From NCBI RefSeq assembly GCF_009914755.1, contig NC_060941.1: a DNA stretch of 64,000 bases. One strand, 5' to 3'. How positions within the stretch are numbered: position 1 is the stretch's first letter; the number at the start of each line of letters is the position of its first letter. A program made the translations under genes and the position numbers. The notes beneath the pieces were generated by a model, which saw only the letters and a program-made list of their open reading frames with translations, did not search any database and had not been told where the DNA came from. This stretch comes from the human T2T-CHM13v2.0 reference genome, Homo sapiens. Below, one piece after another: positions 44,598-64,000 of this stretch.

Positions 44598-44708
44598 TGA
44601 AACATGCTCATTCCTAAGTGAATTATTTAGTTATTCTTTCTGCTTTTTTGGTTGGTAGCTTACTTAGGTAATACCACATAGAATGTCATTTGGAATTAGT
44701 GATCTCCT

Positions 44709-44794
44709 TGTTTTCTTTCTTTTCTTCTTTCTTCCTCCCTCCTTCCCTTTCTTCCTTCTTTCCTTCCTTTCTCTCTTTCTTTCTTTATTTTTTG
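44709..44794. repeat. Polypyrimidine low-complexity tract (CTTT/CCTT)
   Basis: Read directly. Confidence 0.85.
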
Positions 44795-45426
44795 TCCTGT
44801 GAAACTATTTATCCAGGACTTTCACCAAACAAAAATAGTGTTTGTGTGCAGAAAGATGCACATCATTTTTATATACACAGCCCAAAAAATGTAGTTTTTT
44901 GTTTGTTTTGTTTTGTTTTACCAACCACAAGCTGAGAGAATATTGCCATTCACTAATTCTTACTTTCTTTCACATACTCTATATATATAGAGTGTGTAAA
45001 GCAGTTCCTCCCATGTTACCAATATCCTTTACCGAAAAACAGCCAGATGTTAGTGTGGGAGGAGAATGGGGAAGAAGAGGGTCTCTGAAGAGGCGAGGAG
45101 ATGTGGGTTGTGGTCAGAGAAGTGAGAATCTGCTAGTCCTCAAAGCCACTCTTAACAAAATCTTTAGGATGGAGGGTGTGTGCATGTGTATGTGTGTGTG
45201 CACACATATATGAATAGAGAGGAGAGAAAAGGTTAACAATTTAAACGAAGGGAAAATGGATATGTGCTTCTAGAACTGTGATATGAATTACTTCCTTCTA
45301 AGGGCAGATCTCAATAGAATAAAATAAAAATTAACCTGGAAAGAATTTGTTTTATATCAGTATGGTTTGTAACAAAGAACATTATTAACCAAAAGAAAGG
45401 AAAGAACAACCAAGCGTGGTGGCTCA

Positions 45427-45785
<359 letters not shown>

Positions 45786-46223
45786 CTACTTCCAGTTCTT
45801 AGAAGGGAAGAATGAAACAGGAAAACTTCGGCTGCTTCTACTTATCCAGTTTATAATCTTAGATTTTGGCATTTGGGTCAAGTTTATTGCGTCTGTCCTC
45901 TATTTTCCTGCCATAATCACTCAGAATTTCATGATGTTTTTCCTACTTCAAAGAATATATTTCCTCCCATTTAAATTAAGTATTTTGTTCAATCAACGAA
46001 CACAGGTTTTTTAATATTACAGTGCTAGTTACTATGGTTAAGATTTAATACTGGCCAGATGCGGTGGCTCACACCTGTAATCCCAGCACTTTGGGAGGCC
46101 GAGGCGGGTGGATCACCTGAGGTCGGAAGTTCCAGACCAGCCTGACCAACATGGAGAAACCCTGTCTCTACTAAAAATACAAAATTAGCCGAGCGTGGTG
46201 GCGCATGCCTGTAATCCCAGCTA

Positions 46224-46397
<174 letters not shown>

Positions 46398-46755
46398 TTA
46401 TTTTCAATGTATCTGAAAATAGGTTTTTCTTTAATCTTTAGAGTTGTTTCTAGAAGAGAGCTGTCATTTAGCTTCTTGCAGTCCTTAATACCTAAGGAAA
46501 AATAACAGATTATTTTATTTCATAACAAGAACTTCTCTAGTAATCCATAAGTTTTATGTGTCCTGCTTTATACCTCTTGAATGCAGTGCCTTTCTATAAA
46601 TTATAGTAAAACGTATTATGCCATAAGTACCCTATCTGTAGTGGTAAGATATGCAACTTATCAGACCTTTCATTTCAGAAAGATTTAAAACTAGTATATA
46701 TTTAAACATACTCAGATTTTTTCAATTTATGATGATTGATTGATTGATTGATTGA

Positions 46756-46971
<216 letters not shown>

Positions 46972-47059
46972 TGACCTCATGATCTGCCCGCCTTGGCCTC
47001 CCAAAGTGCTGGGATTACAGGCATGATCCACTGCGCCTGGCCGATGAGTGATTTTTTTA

Positions 47060-47480
47060 TGGAACTTCACACTTTAAAGCACTTATCTATATGATTTAAT
47101 TCTTATAATCCTGGGATAGAGGAATTACTATACCCATTTTGTAATTCTCAGAGGTAGGGAGGTTAATAAGTAATAGTTGCTTAAGAGAGTAAGTAACAGC
47201 TGGAATTTGAACCCAAGTCTTTTGACTTCAAGTTCAGTGTTCTTTCCATTCTTTTGCATTGCCTTCTTAACTTTAATGTATTGATATGATTAAGGAAACT
47301 GAATTGTTTAATGCCTGCTATTGATCAGGACCTGTGCAAGGTAATTTGCAGTAGTTATCTCATGGCAGACAATCTTGAGAGGTTGTTATTAACCACATTT
47401 CATAGATGAGGGAACTGTGTTAGAGAAGGTAAAATACTTGCCTAAGGCCCTAGAATCCAACCAAGCTCTGTAAAGATAAA
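47060..47480 (-). mobile_element. Two MIR fragments
   Basis: ggaatttgaacccaagtcttttgacttcaag and cattt catagatgagggaactg...aaatacttgcctaagg. Confidence 0.7.
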
Positions 47481-48333
47481 GCTCTTTCCCTGTATCTATG
47501 TGGAAGCAAAAAAGAAAAAGAAAGCTAAAATCCATTTATGTTTCTGAAAGGAAAGAATCTGAGTTCCTTCACTAAACTAAGACCGTGGGATATGTTTGCT
47601 GTGTTCCATCGTATCATAGTGACATGCTTTGTAAAGGCATGTCACTTGATGTACATCCAGATGTAGCTTAGGGTAACAAACATTTCTCATTCTGTGGGTA
47701 AACAATATTAGTAATATAAACATTTTAACCATTCTGAAATAATAGTGGGAAAGCCACACACACACCGATTTTTTTCTACCCTAATAGTAAACCTGTCTCC
47801 TTGTCTGCTTTTCTTTCTTCCCTTTTTCCTCAGCTTAAAATTAGACAACCTTCTTTAATAAATATTGCTATTTTTATTGATGTCTTCCTCTTAACCTTCC
47901 CCTAAAAGATTCAAATCAATCTACCTATAATGTTAGATCAGATTTCCCCTTCCACTGCACAGAGTCAAGTACTCTGTCTGTAGAAGTATCCTTAGATAGG
48001 AAAAGGCATGAGAAGAGTATCTTTTTAGAAAAAATTTTTTAAGATGTAGTATCCTTAGAGACATTACCTTTGTCCCAAATAATTAAGAAAAGCAACATAC
48101 TCATTCATGTTATTTCATGTACCATTTAACTTACTTATTGTACCCTTAAAATACATCACTGTTCTTTATCTCTCTACCTTCACACTCACCAGCACACACA
48201 CAGTATTATAAACTCCCAGGAGGGCAGAGAATGTCTGTTGGTTCACTGATGTATTATAATGCCTAGAATAGCATCCAGGAGATAGTAGGCACTCAATATT
48301 TAATAACTGAATCTGTCTTAAGATTCTTCTTTC

Positions 48334-48627
<294 letters not shown>

Positions 48628-49470
48628 ATTCTTCTTTCCAATGAAGGACTTCTTTTACAGATGGTTCCATCTTTGTTCATTCTAGCACAATTAGTTTCTC
48701 CCTCCCATGTCTTTTTTCCTCCTCCTCTACCCTTTCCTTTGTTTCTTCTATGCATGTGGTTAAGAGGGCTCTTCCGTGGTCTGTGCCTTTTATTTATTTT
48801 GTAGAATTCCCACTCAGACCTCCTGCCTGAAAGACTAAGACATATGTTCTTAAATGTGTGACACATTTTTTGTCTAACCCAGAACAGTGACTTTTCAAGC
48901 TGCTACATACAAAAAGAAAATCTTGTTTTGCTGTTTTGCATTGAAATTGTGCAATTATTTAGGCATTGGCTTATTTTGATTGTTAAGAAATGATAGTAGG
49001 GAAAGTTCATGGTGATGAAATCACTGGAAGGCAAGAACTACTAGCTCTGTTGATTAATAAAAGATTTATAGCTCTAAATAACTGGTTTTTGGTATAGACC
49101 CCCTGCTTTTCTTCACAAATTATCTGTAATAATAGCCTTGCTAGCTTCATAATATTCACATACCAATTGTATACCTTTGCCTTATTAGTCTTCTTGCCAG
49201 AAATAATGTACGTTAGTCTAACCTGTCCAGGTTCCTGAGATTCATAGTGAGTGGATAAAAAGAAGACTACTGTTGGCTGGGCACAGTGGCTGACGCCTGT
49301 AATCCCGCACTTTGGGAGGCTGAGGTGGGCAGATCACGAGGTCAGGAGATCGAGACCATCCTGGCTAACACAGTGAAACCCCATCTCTACTAAAAATACA
49401 AAAAATTAGCCGGGCATGGTGGCGGGCGCCTGTAGTCCCAGCACTTTGGGAGGCTGAGGCAGGTGGATCA

Positions 49471-50336
<866 letters not shown>

Positions 50337-50461
50337 TAAAGAAATTTAAAAATTGCAATTAGGGGCACAATCTTACCTCTTTAGACTATTACCAGAATTG
50401 TGAATTTATGTTGGTTTTTTGATGACTAAATAATTTATTTTAACTGGTGTTTTCTTTACAG

Positions 50462-50523
50462 AAAATTTTTGTTATAATAACATTCAGCAAGCACATAGTG
50501 GAGCAAATGGTGGCTTTCATTGG
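50462..50523 (+). CDS. VMP1: VMP1 coding exon (exon 10, 62 nt, phase 0-2): KIFVIITFSKHIVEQMVAFI(G)
   Basis: Acceptor gttttctttacag|AAA and donor TGG|gtaagt; in frame with exon 9. Confidence 0.96.
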
Positions 50524-50951
50524 GTAAGTAATTCTTCAAGGACTAATATTAATATAATTACTCTTTAAATGGGAGTAAATGTGTACAAGACTGAATTGAA
50601 ATAGAATTTTTGACATAGTTCTTTATTTTTTGAGGAGCAAAAATAACTTGCTGTTATTAGTAAATGAAGAATACTTTCTTGTTCTATAGTAGGGAAAGAT
50701 AAAGCTTACATTATCCCTGTTTAATTGTAAACCAAACATCTATCAAGTCATATAATTCTGGGTTTAAAAGAAGCTTTGGGGTTTGAATCTGTAGCCCCAC
50801 CAAAGAAATAAGAAATTGTCTTTATATAAAAGATATGTGTATATCATTGCAGTTTAATGGTGCTTTAGTACAATGCTGTGATTTTTGGCCAAACTAGATG
50901 CCAGATACACAGCTGCATTTAATGTAAATGTAAATCTTACATAAAATTTTA

Positions 50952-51137
<186 letters not shown>

Positions 51138-51989
51138 TTAATTAAGTAAGTCATGTTAGATGGCATAATATTAACAAAATTTGTCAGGTCTCTATTACTT
51201 CACTAGAGAAAAATTAGGTTATTTTAAAAGGCTAAACTGGCCAGGCACGGTGGCTGATGCCTGTAATCCCAGCACTTTGGGAGGCCAGGGCAGGCGGATC
51301 GCCTGAGGTTGGGAGTTCAAGACCAGCCTCACCAACATGGAGAAATCCCATCTCTACTAAAAATACAAAATTAGCCGGGCGTGGTGGCACATGCCTGTAA
51401 TCCCAGCTACGAGGGAGGCGGAGGTTGCGGTGAGCTGAGAGCGCGTCATTGCACTCCAGCCTGGGCAAGAAGAGCGAAACTCCATCCCAAAAAAAAAAAT
51501 TAATTAAAATAAATTGCAATAAAACCAAAAGTTGTTAGGTTTTTAAATCATTATTATAGGGGAGAGGTTTTCTTTTCATTCAGTAGTACAGCTGCCCCAC
51601 GGGGGAAATGTGTCAAGTTTAAGTGCCCTTTGTTTAGTTTTAATGTAAATCTTTATCTTAAAAGCCACTTACAGAGCAAACATTTATGGAAATTTTTGCT
51701 ATTTAAAAAAAGAATGCCACTTGATGCTGAGTTTGTGACTATTGATTTTTTTGGTCATATATATGTTCATTCTTTTCTATGTATTGTAATAAAATAGTTT
51801 TTAATATTTGCTAGTTCAGCTTTAATAAGGAAAAAATATATTCTTGAGATTGTACTCAGTGGAGCCAGTCATTAGTTTCATTAATTCCTGAGCTTATCAG
51901 TGTGGATTATAACTTGTACACTAAAATTTACATTTAAAATTAAAATTAAATTTACTCTAGTTTTTTGCTGCCTGAATCCTTACAAATAA

Positions 51990-58122
<6,133 letters not shown>

Positions 58123-58249
58123 CCTTTTTGTTTTTTTAATTACGATTTAATACTAATTTTTATTTAATTTTAGACTTTCTCCAGTGGGAGAGACCTGTGC
58201 ATATTTCTTAAAGAGCATAACCAAATCTAACTTTTAAAGTTATGATTAA

Positions 58250-58800
58250 AATGACATGTTCCCATATTCTCACCAAATAGGGGATGTGAATTCCCAGAAA
58301 ATAACATTAAGCATATGACTCGCAGCAAACCATATGCAGAACATTGGCTCATTGTCATGTTGCCAGGGTCTTATTGGAAGACAAAGTCCCCAGTTTTACC
58401 ACACAAGAAAAGTTTCCATAACTCAATCATTGAACTTGAGGGCTGGGGGATGGTGTTGGCTGGAACAGGGACTTTTTACCAGATACAGAATGTTCCATGC
58501 TCTTCTTTGCTGTCTCCTATTTCTGAGCTAACTTGATGCTTGACCTCAGAGTCAGGCTTGCCTGTGGCAAGAGAGATCATTTTAACCAGTGAGTAATAAA
58601 GTGCTTGAATCCGAATGTTGTTTCTTATCCCTCACTCTATGGAAAGTGGTCAGAATGAGCTACGTGGGCCTGGACTTTTTCTTCTACAGAAAGAAAATCT
58701 GTCCTTTCATTTTAGAGGATAAAATGGTCCATGTATTTGATTCTCTTTGACTTTGATCATTGAAAATAATCAGAAAAAGTTATGGAAGTGTGGAACCCCA
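58250..58800. promoter_or_regulatory. Candidate enhancer in intron 10
   Basis: STAT TTCCCAGAA 58291, steroid-receptor-like GATACAgaaTGTTCC 58482, HRE TACGTG 58661, ETS GGAAGTG 58784. Confidence 0.5.
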
Positions 58801-59981
58801 GCATTTGTATTATCTGATGAAAGGATAGAATTTAAGGCTTAACACAGGGTTTAAACCCCAGCTGCCGAGACTCAGTTATACAGTCTAACATAACCTCTTT
58901 CTGCAGCTTGGGAAAACCCCTTTCTCTTCTTGTCCGTGGTAGTTTATATATCCTTCTCTTTTGACAGTTAACCTTTCTATATGTTTGTTATGGATATTGG
59001 GAGACCACATAAAGGTTAAAACAGGAGTTCTGGAGTTAGACTGTTAGATGAGAAATGGGTACATTGTATTTGGAAGTTACCGTTGACCATTTAATGGAGC
59101 ATTTTAGTAGCATGATGAAAATTAAAACCCAAATATATTGGATTACATGGAATTGTGGGCTAGAGGAAAGGTCAAGCGAAAGTCATGTCTGACACATTTT
59201 AATTGTTTTGTAAATATTTGTTGACCAGATGAATTAATTCATTCATTAAATAGGAGGGACCAGTGTGTATTTTAGGCTGAGGGAAAAACTCTAGTAAAAT
59301 GCTAGAGATAGAAAATATAAATGAAGAAAGGGAAGGATGTGGGAAGGAAATTAACATTCAGTAAGCACCCACTGTGCCAGATGCTTTACATAAATATTCA
59401 TTTCATATCCATAACAAAACCTGTTAGGTACTATTACAGAGAAGTTAAATTCATATAAATGATAAGAGATGATTGAGATAGGATCAATTCTGGAGTGGAT
59501 TGATTATCCTCATGAACCAGTTCTTTCTTGAAAACTGGAGTGAAGACTCCAAGATGTTTTGAGGCAGAGAAGGGGGACACTCCTGAGGGAGCACTCTGGA
59601 AGCCAGTGAAGTCATTTGCTGGAAGTTGGAAATTTAGACTAGAGCACCAGTTTCAAACAGCTGCTGTGTGAATTTGGTAGGGATGCAGCATGAATTCTGT
59701 CTATTCTCCTGTGCACACGTGCATCCACCTGTGTGCAGCTGTAGCTAGTTACTACTGTGGTTACTTTCAATGAAAAACCTACTGGTTTCTGTAGTGTACA
59801 TTTAAGTGCATTTTTTCCCCTCTCCCAGCATCCTTCTAGATAGAGTTCCTTGAGGACAGAGATCATAACTTTTTTTTAAGTGAGATTGAATTTCAATCAA
59901 TACTGTCACTTTTTTTTTCTTTTTTGAGACAGGGTCTCGCTGTGTTGCCCAGGCTGATCTTGAACTCCTGTGCTCAAGTGA

Positions 59982-60200
<219 letters not shown>

Positions 60201-61761
60201 TAAGACTACAGGCATGCACCACCACCCCCAGCTAATTTTTGTATTTTTACTAGAGTCGGGGTTTCACCATGTTGGCCAGGCTGGTCTCAAACTCCTGACC
60301 TCAGGAGGCCTCGGCCTCCCAAAGTGCTGGGATTACAGGCATGAGCCGCTGTGCTGGCCTGATTTTTAAGTTTTAGAACTCAGTGAGTCTTCAAACCAGT
60401 GCAGATCTGTCACTATAAAAAGCTGCCACCAGGCCCACTCACACCTGTAATCTTAGAACTTTGGGAGGCTGAGGCGGGATTGCTTGAGCCCAGAAGTTTG
60501 AGACCAGCCTGGACAACATGGTGAGACCCCATCTCTTGAAAAAAATTTAAAAATTAGCTACTGTGGCCCCAGCTACTCGGAAGGTTGAGGCAGGAAGATT
60601 GCTTGAGCCCGGGAGGTCAAGGCTGCAGTGAGTCGTGTTTGTGCCATTGCACTCTTGAGTGGGCAACAGAGCAAGATCCTGTTCCCAAAAAAAAGCTGCC
60701 ACTGGGGCCAGGTGCAGTGCCACTCGCCTGTAGTTCCAGCTACTTGGGAGGCTGAGGCAAGAGACACAACCTCTTTAAAAAAAAAAAAAAAAGCTGCCAC
60801 CAGTCTGTCATTTTCTATAAATGCAATCAGTTGATTTTTAACAGAGTTTTGTTTTGGCAACCAATCAGTTTTACCTAGTCCTTATAGACCACTCCTTTAG
60901 CTCTGGCCACATTCATCAGCACAAATGCCTGCTTTTCTCCTGCTGCTCAAGTCTGCCTTCTGAAATGAGGTTTTGTTCTCTAGAGCTTCTCTTTAATGTT
61001 AGCTTATTTCAAAGAGTAGCTGCTAATGATAAGGAAGTCTAACCTCCAATCTGATTCTTACAGAAAATAATGCTAAATCTCCAAAAGCTAGGGCAATTGC
61101 AGATTATTTTGTGATAAAATATGCTGTAAGGCAGTAGAAACAATGTACCTGATAAAATACACCTGGAGAAAGCATGGTCTTCCTTCTACACAGCCAGAAA
61201 GAAACCCATGGTGTCATGTGTTCATAATACCACTCTGCGTACAATGGACTAACTTAAGTACAAAAGAAGTTTTAATCATTTGAAAGGGCACAGATGTGAA
61301 TGAAATTCAAGATGTTTTAATCCCAGATCCTGGGGTCAAATCACAACGAATTTTAGAAGGTGCCAGGGACTGTCAGTCCAAACTTGTATATATGAGAAAG
61401 CCCTAGATTTTCTAGTATAGTGTGTGATTTTCATCCTGAATTTATTTTATGTTGGGGTGCCATTCCAAGATCCTGGATGTAAAGAAACATGATTAGGGGG
61501 CTACCACATTTCAGATCCAAAGCAAGTAGAATACATCAGTTACCAGTTTTTTCTTATAGTATCAGCTTCAAAGATTCATATACTGAGCCAGGCACAGAGG
61601 CTTATGCCTGTAATCCCAGCATTTTGGGAGGTCAAGGCAGGCGGATCACTTAAGGTCAGGAGTTTGAGACCAGCCTGACCAACATGGTGAAACCCTGTCT
61701 CTACTAAAAATACAAAAACTAGCAGGGTGTAGTGGTGCCTACCTGTAATCCCAGCTACTCA

Positions 61762-61914
<153 letters not shown>

Positions 61915-62039
61915 TTAAATGGTAAAGATAATAACACTTTCATTCCAGTCACACAGGATAACTAGATCCTTTTTTACTAGGTTAAATATGTGTTTATTTT
62001 CAGTTAGCACCTGTTCATTTACTTATTCTGGATTAATAA

Positions 62040-62330
62040 AGGGCTGAAAGGCTGTAGATATTAATGAGTCAGCATGATGGCCTTTGGCTTCTTCAGAAAG
62101 ATTGCATGATAAACTCCCCCACCCTTTTCCGAGCAGTCTACCTTACTAGGAAAGGCAGTTTCATGTGGAGGGCAATCTGTCATTTTTGAATAAGGGCAAG
62201 AGTCTGAGGTCCATTCTGAGTCACTATGAATAGAGCTCTAGTATTGGTTGGTCCCCAGGGAAACTGGTGGTTAAATACTGTGAGAATCTTTATCAGACAG
62301 GAAATGACAACTCATTAAAATACTAGCCGT
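62040..62330. promoter_or_regulatory. Candidate enhancer in intron 10
   Basis: ATGAGTCAGCA (NRF2/BACH ARE plus AP-1) 62064, TGAGTCA 62217, EBF TCCCCAGGGA 62252, ACAGGAAAT 62297. Confidence 0.55.
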
Positions 62331-62824
62331 TAAGCCTGTTTAGATCACTGCCTAGGGGGTAGGAAGGAAAATTTAACTCTATAATGTTTGACTAAAATGT
62401 GCACATTTCTGAAGATGGAGAATTATTTACAAGACTGTTACCGAGAAAGGGAATTGCTAGGCTGTCTTGTTGCTGATCTTCTCCCACACCCTCTTTTCCT
62501 CTTTTGTACATATAACAGATCAGCTTGTAATGGGAGTAGGATAGGGAAGGGCTTTAATTTCATTCCTGAAAGTGTATCCTACTATTGCCTTAAATGTAAA
62601 ATTCAGTCTCTTCAGCAGAAGAGGCGGTTGTTGGCTTCAGTTAGAACAGGATCATTTTCTATATAGGAGTCTACTCCTGTGCTCCTGGGCCAAATCTCAA
62701 TTGATAGAACTCTCTGGGGTCAGAGGATAAATTTGATGTATTGATTTACATACAGTGGTCCTCATTCAATCAAGAAAATTCTAAAGATCCTGATATTCAT
62801 TTAGAACATAATTAAATTTTATAA

Positions 62825-63139
<315 letters not shown>

Positions 63140-64000
63140 TGAATCTTCTCCTGAAAAATTTTTTTTTTCATTTATAAGCTTTCAGGGATCTGACTTATGA
63201 CACCCTGAGATTCTTTAGACTTTGTGATTAATCATCAGAGGGAATACTAACCCAGCACAAACAATGAAATAAAGGTAAAAAACTGTTGTGCCCAGACTTT
63301 TTTCTAAGACAAAAGGCTTATTACTCTTTGTAAAGAGGCTATCGCCTCCTTACTAGAATTTATGTCAGAATGTTTTTCAGGAGGGTAAATATAACCTATA
63401 TGCTCACATTAATGCTGAGATCCTCAAAAAAGTATTTGAGAAAGGAGCAGAGCCTATATTAAATAAAAAATTTACTTTATTAATGCTGGTAAAATATTCT
63501 TAGGCTTAGAGACTTCAACTGCTTAGACTTTAAGTATACACTCTGTAAATAGGGCTAAACAAGGTGAATCAATCTTTTTTGTTGGTGTTTTAAGAAACAG
63601 GTTCTCCCTCTGTAGCCCAGGCTGGAGTGTAGTGGTGTGATTTTAGATCACTACAGCCTCAACCTCCTAGGAGGGCTCAAGCAGTCCTCCCCACTCAGCC
63701 TCTTGAGTAACTAGGACTACAGGTGTGCACCACACCTGGTTAATTTTCTGTGTGGGTGTAGAGACAGGAGTCTTACTGTGTTGCCCAAGCTGATCTTGAA
63801 CTCTTAGACTCAAGCAGTCCTCCCACCTCAGCCTCCCAAAGTGCTCGGATTACTGGCATGAGCCACCCTATCCTGCCTGGCCAGATTTCAGATCTTACTT
63901 ATTTATTATCTATCTATCTAATCTATTGATTTATTGAGAGAGAGACAGGGTCTTGCTCTTTCACCAAGGGTGGAGTGCAGTGGTTCAATCCTAGCTTACT

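Noticed and set aside
51891-51900. AGCTTATCAG (and CTTATCAGAC at 46657) matching 10 nt of mature miR-21
   Set aside because: No pre-miRNA hairpin or further similarity; treated as coincidence. The true MIR21 is outside the window.

Overview
Human genomic DNA (an AluYa5 element with all five diagnostic bases is present) from the middle of VMP1 (TMEM49, 17q23), transcribed on the + strand. Four coding exons are visible with canonical AG/GT ends: 6519-6650, 41568-41648, 44427-44543 and 50462-50523. From recalled gene structure these are exons 7-10, about aa 195-325, covering the VTT/DedA core. The rest is intronic, with roughly 90 Alu copies or fragments by eye plus old L1M, L2, MIR, MER47, Tigger3 and MER20. 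MIR21 and the last VMP1 exons lie downstream of the window, and the ORF track is essentially Alu or AT-rich noise. The most interesting signal is in the 35-kb intron 7. An Alu-poor block at about 30.9-39.2 kb holds a ~245-nt nested, CpG-retaining RNA fold whose outer helix masks a 3' splice site, a well-formed 49-nt frameshifting exon, a candidate alternative last exon and further hairpin clusters. A candidate in-frame 24-nt microexon lies at 21652-21675. Motif-dense enhancer candidates sit at about 19.0-20.3 kb, 43.3-44.2 kb, 58.3-58.8 kb and 62.0-62.3 kb. All non-canonical elements were found by eye and are unverified hypotheses.
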